Positions 8,776 to 17,039 of a stretch of 64,000 nt of DNA are shown in pieces (the first letter of the stretch is position 1; each line of letters opens with the position of its first letter). The notes under the pieces were generated by a model. The model saw only the letters and a program-made list of their open reading frames with translations. It was not told the DNA's origin and ran no database searches. The DNA comes from Burkholderiaceae bacterium (lineage in GTDB: Bacteria; Pseudomonadota; Gammaproteobacteria; Burkholderiales; Burkholderiaceae_A), in NCBI GenBank assembly GCA_049426285.1, contig JBMSYB010000004.1, positions 3,800 to 67,799 of the forward strand, read 5' to 3'. The position numbers and the translations under genes are program-made.

Positions 8776-10203
8776 ATGAACGGTATTAATTACAGCGAGA
8801 AAATCCCCAACAACGTCAACCTCAGCGAAGACCGTACCCTGCAGCGGGCGCTCGAGCAGTGGCAGCCCAACTACATTCAGTGGTGGAATGACATGGGCCC
8901 GGAGGGCAGCCAGAACTTCGATGTCTATCTGCGTACAGCGACCAGCGTTGACCCCCAGGGCTGGGCCCAGTTTGGCCATGTCAAGATGCCCGACTACCGC
9001 TGGGGCATTTTTCTCAATCCCGCTGAGGCCGGACGCAAGATTCACTTTGGGGACCATATGGGCGAGAACGTCTGGCAAGACGTGCCGGGTGAGCACCGGG
9101 CCAACCTGCGCCGTATCATCGTTACCCAGGGCGATACCGAGCCTGCCTCGGTGGAGCAGCAGCGTCACCTGGGTCTGACCTGCCCAAGCCAGTACGACCT
9201 GCGCAACCTGTTTCAAGTCAATGTAGAAGAAGGCCGGCACCTCTGGGCCATGGTCTATCTGTTGCACAAGCACTTTGGCCGCGATGGCCGCGAAGAAGCT
9301 GAGGCCTTACTCGAGCGCCGCAGCGGGGAGCAGGACAACCCCCGTATTCTGGGTGCCTTTAACGAGAAGACTCCTGACTGGCTCTCGTTCTACATGTTCA
9401 CCTACTTCACCGACCGTGATGGCAAGTTCCAGCTCTGCGCCCTGGCAGAGTCAAGCTTCGACCCGCTTGCCCGCACCACCCGGTTTATGCTCACAGAAGA
9501 GGCCCACCACATGTTTGTCGGTGAGTCGGGCGTGTCTCGCGTGATTCAGCGCACCTGCGACATGATGAACCAGTTAAAGACCGACGATGTTACTAAGCTG
9601 CGGGCTGCAGGTGTCATCGACCTGCCCACCATTCAGCGTTATCTCAACTTCCACTTCTCGGTCACCATTGACCTCTTTGGTGCCGATGAGTCAAGTAATG
9701 CAGCCACCTTCTTTAGCTCTGGACTGAAAGGCCGGTACGAAGAAGGCAAGCGCATCGACGACCATATTCTGAAGAACGACACCTATAAAGTGCTGCAGGT
9801 TGTTAATGGCCAGCTCGTCGAGAAAGACGTTCCAATGCTCAACGCATTAAACGAAGTCTTGCGCGATGACTACATCAAAGACTCTGTGGGCGGTGTTGAG
9901 CGTTGGAATAAGGTGATAGAAAAGGCTGGTATTGATTTCAGGCTTAAGGTGCCGCACAAGGCCTTTAACCGCAAAATTGGTGCCCTTTCCACCGTGAAGG
10001 TATCACCCGATGGCCGCGTGGTCTCTGTTCAAGAGTGGAATATGCATGTGGAGCAGTGGCTGGCCACCGACGAAGACCGTGCCTATGTGGCCTCGCTGAT
10101 GGGCCGTGTCGTAGAGCCCGGTAAGTTTGCCAACTGGATTGCGCCGCCGGTTATGGGTATCAATCGCCAGCCGGTGAACTTCGAGTACATTCGGTTTAAC
10201 TAA
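8776..10203 (+). CDS. boxB: Benzoyl-CoA 2,3-epoxidase, diiron subunit
   Basis: INYSEKIPNNVNL start, QGDTEPASVEQ, EEGRH and EEAHH diiron motifs, FTDRDGKFQL. Confidence 0.96.
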   Translation: MNGINYSEKIPNNVNLSEDRTLQRALEQWQPNYIQWWNDMGPEGSQNFDVYLRTATSVDPQGWAQFGHVKMPDYRWGIFLNPAEAGRKIHFGDHMGENVWQDVPGEHRANLRRIIVTQGDTEPASVEQQRHLGLTCPSQYDLRNLFQVNVEEGRHLWAMVYLLHKHFGRDGREEAEALLERRSGEQDNPRILGAFNEKTPDWLSFYMFTYFTDRDGKFQLCALAESSFDPLARTTRFMLTEEAHHMFVGESGVSRVIQRTCDMMNQLKTDDVTKLRAAGVIDLPTIQRYLNFHFSVTIDLFGADESSNAATFFSSGLKGRYEEGKRIDDHILKNDTYKVLQVVNGQLVEKDVPMLNALNEVLRDDYIKDSVGGVERWNKVIEKAGIDFRLKVPHKAFNRKIGALSTVKVSPDGRVVSVQEWNMHVEQWLATDEDRAYVASLMGRVVEPGKFANWIAPPVMGINRQPVNFEYIRFN

Positions 10204-10246
10204 GGTTCTCGGCGGTCATATAAAAAAGAAGGCGGAGGAGACAGCC

Positions 10247-11548
10247 ATGGGTATAGACGATAGCAAGGTGCTCAAGCAGCACCTGATAGACCCCGAGATC
10301 TGCATTCGGTGCAACACCTGCGAGGCTACCTGTCCTGTAGGTGCCATCAGCCACGATTCGCGTAACTATGTGGTCGATGCAGAGAAATGCAACTTTTGCA
10401 TGGCCTGCGTGCCGCCATGCCCTACTGGGTCGATCGACAACTGGCGTGTGGTACCGAAGATAAATGCCTATAGCCTCGAGGAGCAGCTGGGCTGGGATAC
10501 TCTGCCCGCAGAGCTCTCAGCAGAAAGCCTTGCAAGTCTGGGTGTTAGTCTTGAAGATACTGCTTCCTCTCTGGTGACGGTGCCTGGCGATGCGGGCGCA
10601 GTTACGGGCGATTCGACTCAGGTTGCCCCCAATGCGCTGCCTGCGGCGGCTGGTGTTTCTGCCAGTCTGCCTCCCTGGTCTGCGGCCCATCCTTACAGCA
10701 ACCTGTATGGGCCGAAGGCCGCACAAAAGACGGTAAAGGCCACGGTTACAGGAAACTTTCGGGTCACCGAGGTCGGCAAAGACTACGATACTCATCATAT
10801 TGTCTTGGACTTCGGCCAGGCGTTCTTTCCGGTGCTTGAGGGGCAGTCATTGGGTATTGTGCCGCCCGGAGTAGATTCCCATGGTCGGGCGCATCATCCG
10901 CGTCAGTACTCGATTGCCAGCCCCCGCAATGGCGAGCGCGCAGGGTATAACAACGTGTCGCTTACAGTAAAGCGGGTGCTCCAGGACTGGAATGGAAACC
11001 CCATACGCGGTGTCGGTAGCAACTACCTGTGCGATCTGCAGGTGGGCGATTCGGTGGACGTTATTGGGCCCTTTGGTTCCAGCTTCCTGATGCCCAACCA
11101 TCCGAAGTCTAATATCGTGATGATCTGCACGGGTACCGGAAGCGCACCCATGCGGGCGATGACCGAATGGCGCCGCCGTGAGCGCAAAAACAGCGCTGCT
11201 GAGCAGGGCAGGCTCATGTTGTTCTTCGGTGCTCGTACTAAAGAGGAGCTGCCTTATTTCGGCCCGTTGATGAACCTTCCCAAAGACTTCATCGACATTA
11301 ATCTGGTCTTCTCCCGTGAATCCGGTAAGCCCAAGCGTTACGTACAAGATGCCCTGCGGGAACGGGCGGCCGATCTGTCTGCCTTGCTGGCCGACCGCGA
11401 TACCTACATCTACGTCTGCGGGCTAAAGGCCATGGAAGAGGGTGTCGTTATGGCGTTGCGAGATGTTGTATCACAGACGGGTGGCGACTGGGCCGGTATG
11501 CATCAGGCCATGAGGGCGGAGGGTAGAATTCATTTCGAGACGTATTAG
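10247..11548 (+). CDS. boxA: Benzoyl-CoA oxygenase reductase subunit (2x[4Fe-4S] plus FNR domain)
   Basis: CIRCNTCEATCP and CNFCMACVPPCP ferredoxin motifs, RQYSIAS, MICTGTGSAP, YVCG, and C-terminal HFETY. Confidence 0.95.
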   Translation: MGIDDSKVLKQHLIDPEICIRCNTCEATCPVGAISHDSRNYVVDAEKCNFCMACVPPCPTGSIDNWRVVPKINAYSLEEQLGWDTLPAELSAESLASLGVSLEDTASSLVTVPGDAGAVTGDSTQVAPNALPAAAGVSASLPPWSAAHPYSNLYGPKAAQKTVKATVTGNFRVTEVGKDYDTHHIVLDFGQAFFPVLEGQSLGIVPPGVDSHGRAHHPRQYSIASPRNGERAGYNNVSLTVKRVLQDWNGNPIRGVGSNYLCDLQVGDSVDVIGPFGSSFLMPNHPKSNIVMICTGTGSAPMRAMTEWRRRERKNSAAEQGRLMLFFGARTKEELPYFGPLMNLPKDFIDINLVFSRESGKPKRYVQDALRERAADLSALLADRDTYIYVCGLKAMEEGVVMALRDVVSQTGGDWAGMHQAMRAEGRIHFETY

Positions 11549-11655
11549 CGTGAAAGACAAGTCGCCTTTTACTTTCTTTCATCTCTAGAGAAGGTACTAA
11601 GACCCATAATTCCCAGGTCAGTTATAAACGCGGTTTGTTCGCGAACGGCAATCAT

Positions 11656-11700
11656 CCCTGAAACGCATTCACGCCATGAATGAGTTTCGGGGTTTTGTTT
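11656..11700 (+). terminator. Intrinsic terminator-like hairpin after boxA
   Basis: CCC-TGAAAC-G-CATTCA cgcca TGAATG-A-GTTTC-GGGG followed by TTTTGTTT. Confidence 0.5.
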
Positions 11701-11723
11701 GATAATTTTGAAGGCTTTATTCC

Positions 11724-12158
11724 ATGCGATTTGCTGAGTTTTTTCCTGGTCAGGTAATTGAGGCAGGTCCTGTTTCTGTTGATGAGCAGGAGATCATTAC
11801 CTTTGCCAAGGCCTATGACCCTCAGTGGTTTCATACCGATCCTGAGGCCTCGGAACGCGGACACTTTGGTGGCCTTATTGCCAGTGGATGGCACACCTGT
11901 GGGCTAGCCATGCGGCTGGTTGCCGACAAAGTACTTGCCGGGTCAGAGTCTTTCGCCTCGCCTGGGCTGGCCTACGTCAAGTGGCCTGCGCCGGTGCGTC
12001 CCCATGATCAGTTGCGGTTACGTGCCGAGGTGCTTGAGGTAAAGCGCGCTAGCAGTAAGCCTCATCTTGGCATCCTGCGCTGGCGGTGGCAGTTGCACAA
12101 TCAGCAGGCGGTCATGGTGCTGGAGCTTGAGGCGACGAGCCTGTTTCATGTGCCCTGA
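11724..12158 (+). CDS. MaoC family dehydratase
   Basis: FAKAYDPQWFH.D, GGLIASGWHT and VKWPAPVRP are hot-dog fold motifs. Confidence 0.88.
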   Translation: MRFAEFFPGQVIEAGPVSVDEQEIITFAKAYDPQWFHTDPEASERGHFGGLIASGWHTCGLAMRLVADKVLAGSESFASPGLAYVKWPAPVRPHDQLRLRAEVLEVKRASSKPHLGILRWRWQLHNQQAVMVLELEATSLFHVP

Positions 12159-12171
12159 TTAGAATTACGGA

Positions 12172-12230
12172 AATTACGGTGACAGTTTACTTAATTCCCG
12201 CAGGGAATTAAGTAAACTGTCACCGTAATT
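12172..12230. repeat. Perfect 28-bp inverted repeat with a 3-nt loop (REP-like palindrome)
   Basis: AATTACGGTGACAGTTTACTTAATTCCC-gca-GGGAATTAAGTAAACTGTCACCGTAATT, checked base by base. AATTACGG is also directly duplicated just upstream (12163-12170). Confidence 0.95.
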
Positions 12231-12350
12231 CCAGCAGACCTTGCGCGACCCCGCGCATACACCGCCGCGTGCAAGGCGGGGAGCGAGAGCAGGGTAAGCC
12301 CAGCAAGCCGTGCGCCGTAGGCTTTGATTCGAGGCATGGGGCGCATAGTG

Positions 12351-12437
12351 CTACCCCTGCCGCGGCGGCTGTTTGCGCCCGACAACGTAGCCGGCGAGAA
12401 AGCCCACCAGAAAAATAATGATCCAGCCAATTACCAT
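12351..12437 (-). CDS. 28-aa single-pass membrane microprotein
   Basis: MVIGWIIIFLVGFLAGYVVGRKQPPRQG: hydrophobic helix with GxxxG motifs and a basic tail, AGGA upstream. Below the ORF-track cutoff. Confidence 0.55.
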   Translation of the reverse strand: MVIGWIIIFLVGFLAGYVVGRKQPPRQG

Positions 12438-12515
12438 GGGACGAAGTCCTTGTTGTGTCGTGGTCGTTGAGGGTAATGCCTGGGTGCCACCGGCCTGTCT
12501 TGCGAACAGCGGCAT

Positions 12516-12842
12516 TTATCCCAAAAACTCCGGCGGCCGCTTTTTCACCCAGTCGATAAATTTGGCAACCTCTGGGTGGGTGCGTAATGACTCCCAGGTA
12601 TTGTACTGTCGGGCAAGTTCCCGGGGTTTGAGGGCCTGGTGAATTTTTAGGTGACAGACTTTGTGGAGCCTGAATTTTTCTCGTCCCCCCTGTGACCGCG
12701 GGGTGAGGTGGTGTTCGTCTACCGTGGGCCCAAGCACCATCAGCCTGTCGCACAAAGGGCAGCGCAGGTCTTCTTCGGGCAGAATCTCTGCGCCGGAGGC
12801 ATCTTGGCCTTCTTTCCATCGGAGGGAACGTTTTGCAACCAT
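12516..12842 (-). CDS. Small HNH endonuclease-family protein
   Basis: CPLC...EHHLTPRSQGG...LHKVCH.KIH is a zinc-finger HNH pattern. Start taken at ATG 12842 because 12866 would overlap the pnuC start. Confidence 0.8.
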   Translation of the reverse strand: MVAKRSLRWKEGQDASGAEILPEEDLRCPLCDRLMVLGPTVDEHHLTPRSQGGREKFRLHKVCHLKIHQALKPRELARQYNTWESLRTHPEVAKFIDWVKKRPPEFLG

Positions 12843-12864
12843 CTTTAGATCATAGTCGCTTCGC

Positions 12865-13434
12865 ATGAACTTGCTGGAATGGCTTGCGGCCGGTCTGGGT
12901 CTTGGGGGGGTCTTGTTGGGTATTGCCCAAAAGACTGCCGTATGGCCCCTATGGATTGCCTCAAGCGCGATCTATGTGGTTATCTATGCACGGCTGGCCC
13001 TCTGGGGGCAGGTGGGGCTTATGGTCTTGTTTATCGGCCTATCGTTATGGGGGCTCTTTCAGTGGCAAAGACAGACCGCCCAGGCGCAGGCCATCCCAGG
13101 TTGGCTTGGCCTGCCCTATTGGCGTGCTTTATTACTGTTTGTTTTTTCGACCTGGCTACTTATGGGGGTTTTTCTTGGTCAGACCGAAAACCCCCATGCC
13201 TGGCTCGATGCCTGGGTCACCACCACAAGCCTCTTTGCCATGGGGCTTATGGCGCGTCGAAGGCTGGACTGCTGGCTTTTCTGGGGCGTTGCTAATGCCT
13301 CTGCGGTGGTCTTGTTCGCACAGCAGGCCCTCTGGGCAACTACCCTTTTGTATACGGTACAACTGTTTTTATCCTGGTGGGGCTTTCAACGCTGGCGGGC
13401 CTCCTCCTCAAGCCACGATGCCGAGAGTTCGTGA
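12865..13434 (+). CDS. pnuC: PnuC-family vitamin transporter (nicotinamide riboside or thiamine type)
   Basis: Multi-TM protein with WLDA..T..SL.A..LMARR.LDCWLFW..AN, containing the WxxWxxxN/D signature. Confidence 0.88.
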   Translation: MNLLEWLAAGLGLGGVLLGIAQKTAVWPLWIASSAIYVVIYARLALWGQVGLMVLFIGLSLWGLFQWQRQTAQAQAIPGWLGLPYWRALLLFVFSTWLLMGVFLGQTENPHAWLDAWVTTTSLFAMGLMARRRLDCWLFWGVANASAVVLFAQQALWATTLLYTVQLFLSWWGFQRWRASSSSHDAESS

Positions 13435-13464
13435 CCTGCGGCATGTCTCTCGCGTTATTGGCTG

Positions 13465-14049
13465 ATGCCTGACACACTCTCAGACCTCGATGTGGCTAGC
13501 CGGGATGCCATGCGGCGGGTTGCTGTTGTAGGGGCAGAGTCGACTGGCAAGACGATACTCTGCCGCTTTCTGGCGCAGCATTTCGAGGGCTGGTCTTTTG
13601 AAGAACCCTTACGCCAGTGGGTTGAGCACTTTGGCCGTAGCCCATCTGCCAATGAGCAATGGGAAATTCTGCAGAGACAAAAGCAGGCCGAAGACCAGGC
13701 CCTAGTGTCTGCCCGAGGCGCGGGTAAGCGCTGGGTGTTCTGCGACTCCGCGCCTCTTGTCACAGCGGTCTATAGCCAGTTTTACTTTCAAGACAACACG
13801 CTCTTCGATCAGGCGATTGCCCACCACAAAGAGGCCTATTCCCACACGTTGGTCTGCGATATTGATCTTGGCTGGCAGGCCGAGCCCGGGATGCGCGATG
13901 GCCCACAGGCACAGTCCACGGTGCGAGGGCTGCTTCTGGAGGCCCTGCAGAGGCATGACATTGGGTATTTCACAGTGCGTGGCAAGGGGGAACAACGGGG
14001 GCAGCTTGCAGCCCAGTTCCTTACCGCGGTAGACTTCGGTCAACGCTAG
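13465..14049 (+). CDS. NadR-like (AAA_28) P-loop kinase
   Basis: Walker A GAESTGKT, FCDS, and D..W..EPGMRDG as in NadR ribosylnicotinamide-kinase-like domains. Adjacent to pnuC. Confidence 0.82.
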   Translation: MPDTLSDLDVASRDAMRRVAVVGAESTGKTILCRFLAQHFEGWSFEEPLRQWVEHFGRSPSANEQWEILQRQKQAEDQALVSARGAGKRWVFCDSAPLVTAVYSQFYFQDNTLFDQAIAHHKEAYSHTLVCDIDLGWQAEPGMRDGPQAQSTVRGLLLEALQRHDIGYFTVRGKGEQRGQLAAQFLTAVDFGQR

Positions 14050-14158
14050 GGGTCCCGACACGTCAGACCGGGTTGCTGGGTCTGATCTCTTGCAGTTAAA
14101 GAGCGGGTGAGACAAACCCTTTGAACCTGATCGAGTTAAGACTTGCGCAGGGAAGCGT
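14043..14158 (+). ncRNA. TPP (thiamine pyrophosphate) riboswitch
   Basis: P1 ACGCT/AGCGT, P2 AGGGGT/ACCCT, GGGTGAGA pyrimidine pocket, GAACCTGATC...TAA...GCGCAGGGAAG core. Lies upstream of a TonB receptor. Confidence 0.9.
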
Positions 14159-14219
14159 CGAGAAGCCTTCCGTGCCGGGTCTTTGGGCCCTGTGTTTTTC
14201 AGGCAATCGTCTTCTCGCT

Positions 14220-14244
14220 GCCTCTCTGCTTTTTTGAAAGAGGC
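14220..14244 (+). promoter_or_regulatory. RBS-sequestering hairpin (riboswitch expression platform)
   Basis: GCCTCT (14220-14225) pairs with AGAGGC (14239-14244), which contains the SD 6 nt before ATG 14251. Confidence 0.55.
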
Positions 14245-14250
14245 CGCCCT

Positions 14251-16437
14251 ATGACATCTGTTCCAAAAGCTCTCAAGACCGTGCGTTCTGCGCTTGCCTT
14301 GGCAGTGCTCGCGAGCCTGCCTCAATCTGTTGTTTATGCGCAGGGGGTTTCTGTTCTACCGGCCGTGGTGGTTACCGAGGCCCCAGAGTCAGCGCTTGCC
14401 CCCCGCGGCGTCTCGATGCCAGCAGGGGCAGACCAGATACCTTGGCTCATGCAGAGTCTGTCTTCTTCGGTAATTACACAAGAGCAACGGGCACAGATTG
14501 GGGGAGGGCGGCTGACCGAGGTGCTGCGATTCGACCCTTCTGTAGAGCCCAATTACAGCCCGCTGGGCTACTTTGAGAGCTTTCAGATACGCGGCTTCCC
14601 AGTGGATCCCGTTCTGGGCTTTCGTGTTAACGGTGTGCCTGTAGTGGGTGAGGCCCCTATCTTCATGGGCAACAAGCAGCAGATCGAGGTCTTGCGCGGC
14701 GCTGCAGGTGTATGGGGTGCCCCCGGGGCGGGCGGTGGGTTGCTGCATTTTGTGACCAAGCGCCCCATGCCTGTGCGCAGTCTGAGCTTCTCTGCGGAAG
14801 AGGAACGCTCGCTTGGCCTAGCCACCGATATCGGAGCAGTCGATAACCAGGGCAATGGCTGGCGACTCAACCTGGGCGCAGACCGTATGCGGCCCTATGC
14901 CAAGGGTGCCGACGGTGAGGCGGCCGGTCTTGCGCTTGCCATCGACCGCCAACTGACAGCAGGCGGGCGGCTTATGTTTGATGTCGAAATCAGTCGCCAG
15001 GAGCAGATCACGCAGCCCGGCAGCCAGTTACTCGGCGGACGTGTATTGCCCCCCTTGCGGCCAGAGACAGTGCTTGGTCTGTCGGAATGGTCTAAGCCCG
15101 TGCGGTTTGCTTCCGCCTTTGCCATGGCCCAGTGGGAGATGCCTCTGCAGAATGACTGGATGGCGACAGCCAAGGCCTCAATGCATCGGGTAAAGACCGA
15201 TGACTACAGCAGCTTTCCATGGGGCAGTCTGGATTTTTCGGGGTTTACAAGCGATTCGTACTTTTCGTCTTCCGGGGACTTCGGCTTCTATGATTATCGA
15301 TCGATCAACGAGCAGCGGTCCACGCAGGCCGTTAGTTTCGAGTTAACGGGAAGAGTTACCTCGGGAGGAATGACCCATACGATTTCCCTTGGGGGGGAGT
15401 TTCTTGAGCATGTATCGACAAAGCCTGATTACCTTTACGCCTACGTTGGGGAGGGCAATGTAATTCGCTCTTCCTGGGCAGGCGGCCCGAGCGACGCGTC
15501 TGGCAGAGATGTCTTCCGTCGCGAGATTCGTCAGTCCAGTCTTTACCTTTCTGATCGGGTGGCCTTGGCCGAGGGCGCGCTCTCTCTAAGTCTGCGTGGG
15601 GTTCAAATGAAGGACAGCTATCGGGCGGATTTCGATCCTGACTTTTACAACCCGATTGATTGGAGAAGTCGCTCAGACCACTGGCTCCTACCTGCCGCCA
15701 CCTACAGCCTCCCACTGCATGGCCAGCAGCAGGTATGGGCGTCTTATCGTCAAGATATCGAGCCCGGTGCCGTCGCTCCCCTGTCGTCTGCCAATAACGG
15801 CCAGGTGCTGCCCGCCCGTCGGCTGCACCTGGTAGAACTCGGTACCAAGGCCGTTCTTCGCCCGCAGCTCGAGGCCTCAGCCGTGGTTTTTCACAGCTGG
15901 CGGCCGCATAACTTTCGCAACGATGATCCGGTCGACCCGCTGGGGAATCCCGCAGGCCGTTACCTGCAGCGCGGAAAAGAGTCGCGCACCGGACTTGAAC
16001 TTGCTGCGGCTGGCCGACTCTCGCCAGGTCTGCAGGCGCAGGTTGCTGCTACCTATTTAGCATCGGATACCTCAGGCCTTGATAATGCCGCCTTTGAAGG
16101 AAAGCAGGCCCTGAACATACCGAAGCTTCGGCTGTCGGCCCTCTTCGACTATCGGCTGCCCCAGGTCTCGGGCCTTTCGGTCTGGGCGGGAGGCTTCTAT
16201 GTTGGTCGGCGCCCCGCTAGCCGGGACAATGCGGTGTATGTGCCTGGCTACGTGCGGCTCGATCTTGGCCTGAACTTTGCCCATAAGGCGGCGGGGCAGC
16301 GTCAGACCTATCGATTCAGTGTTGAAAATATTTTTAACAAATCATACTGGCGCGATGCCGCAGAATTTCTAGGCGATGCCTACCTAATGCCGGGTGCGCC
16401 GAGAATATTTAAGTTCAGCGCAACCACAAGCTTCTAA
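14251..16437 (+). CDS. TonB-dependent receptor, TPP-riboswitch controlled (probable thiamine or precursor uptake)
   Basis: Signal peptide, LPAVVVT TonB-box-like segment, plug motifs (IRGF, IEVLRGAA), VENIFNKSYW and terminal Phe. Start moved to ATG 14251 with a GAGG RBS. Confidence 0.9.
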   Translation: MTSVPKALKTVRSALALAVLASLPQSVVYAQGVSVLPAVVVTEAPESALAPRGVSMPAGADQIPWLMQSLSSSVITQEQRAQIGGGRLTEVLRFDPSVEPNYSPLGYFESFQIRGFPVDPVLGFRVNGVPVVGEAPIFMGNKQQIEVLRGAAGVWGAPGAGGGLLHFVTKRPMPVRSLSFSAEEERSLGLATDIGAVDNQGNGWRLNLGADRMRPYAKGADGEAAGLALAIDRQLTAGGRLMFDVEISRQEQITQPGSQLLGGRVLPPLRPETVLGLSEWSKPVRFASAFAMAQWEMPLQNDWMATAKASMHRVKTDDYSSFPWGSLDFSGFTSDSYFSSSGDFGFYDYRSINEQRSTQAVSFELTGRVTSGGMTHTISLGGEFLEHVSTKPDYLYAYVGEGNVIRSSWAGGPSDASGRDVFRREIRQSSLYLSDRVALAEGALSLSLRGVQMKDSYRADFDPDFYNPIDWRSRSDHWLLPAATYSLPLHGQQQVWASYRQDIEPGAVAPLSSANNGQVLPARRLHLVELGTKAVLRPQLEASAVVFHSWRPHNFRNDDPVDPLGNPAGRYLQRGKESRTGLELAAAGRLSPGLQAQVAATYLASDTSGLDNAAFEGKQALNIPKLRLSALFDYRLPQVSGLSVWAGGFYVGRRPASRDNAVYVPGYVRLDLGLNFAHKAAGQRQTYRFSVENIFNKSYWRDAAEFLGDAYLMPGAPRIFKFSATTSF

Positions 16438-16477
16438 AAAGGTGCTAGCCTTCTGCAGTCTTTAAGGGAGGCTGGTC

Positions 16478-16957
16478 GTGAAAACACATGTGCCCGAACA
16501 TGCTGTTCGGGTTTTAAAGCAGTTTCGGGTTATTTTTAGGGCAGTAAAAGAACACTACCGTATGGTGGAACTGGCCACCGGCCTGTCAGGATCTCATGTC
16601 TGGGCCCTGGTGATCATCGAAGAAAACCCAGGCATACGGCCTGGTGCGCTAACCGATCGGCTGGCCATTCACCAGTCCACCGCAAGCAATATCGTGCGGC
16701 ATCTGGTTTCTGAAGGGTATGTGCTCAGGGCCCGATGCCCCGATGATGCACGAGCCTTCGAACTCAGTGCAACGCCGAAGGCCCGCGAGCTGCTGGCCAA
16801 GGTGCCGGAGCCCAAGATTGGCATTCTGGTGCAAGCCCTGGCAGAAATGCCGCAGGGTTCGGTGGCGGGCCTCGAAGGCTATCTGGATCACCTCATTGCC
16901 CGCATGGGCCAGTCGGGCGATGCTGAGGCTGGGCTTAAGCCGCTCGCTGATCTATAA
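16478..16957 (+). CDS. MarR family transcriptional regulator
   Basis: Winged-helix pattern LAIHQSTASNIVRHLVSEGYVLR...DDAR, GTG start with AAGGGAGG RBS. Confidence 0.85.
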   Translation: MKTHVPEHAVRVLKQFRVIFRAVKEHYRMVELATGLSGSHVWALVIIEENPGIRPGALTDRLAIHQSTASNIVRHLVSEGYVLRARCPDDARAFELSATPKARELLAKVPEPKIGILVQALAEMPQGSVAGLEGYLDHLIARMGQSGDAEAGLKPLADL

Positions 16958-16990
16958 AAAAAGCCCGCAGATTTCTCTACGGGCTTTTAT
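16956..16990. terminator. Bidirectional intrinsic terminator
   Basis: AAAAGCCCG...CGGGCTTTT stem with A and T tracts, between convergent marR and actP. Confidence 0.75.
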
Positions 16991-17039
16991 CTAGAGACTG
17001 CCTTGCCGATGTATCGGCAAGGCCTACCTCGTAGCAAGC

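Noticed and set aside
8761-9273. 170-aa antisense ORF inside boxB, and similar long shadows such as 7213-7866, 17943-18800, 35404-36072 and 45769-46383
   Set aside because: These are antisense shadows of well-supported genes in GC-rich DNA, with no motifs or RBS.
12191-12346. 51-aa ORF MRPMPRIKAYGARLAGLTLLSLPALHA...ITVTVYLIPCGN
   Set aside because: The C-terminus is read from the palindrome arm and there is no RBS. It may be a disrupted remnant but I cannot support it as a gene.
13418-13465. 15-codon ORF MPRVRDLRHVSRVIG bridging pnuC and the kinase (TGATG overlap)
   Set aside because: It overlaps the pnuC 3-prime end, has no RBS and is too short to distinguish from chance.
14043-14158. Cobalamin riboswitch interpretation (suggested by the downstream TonB receptor)
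   Set aside because: No B12-box is present, and the sequence has the TPP core (TGAGA, GAACCTGATC, AGGGAAG).
14143-14250. ORF-track N-terminal extension of the TonB receptor
   Set aside because: It runs through the riboswitch. The signal peptide and RBS fit ATG 14251.
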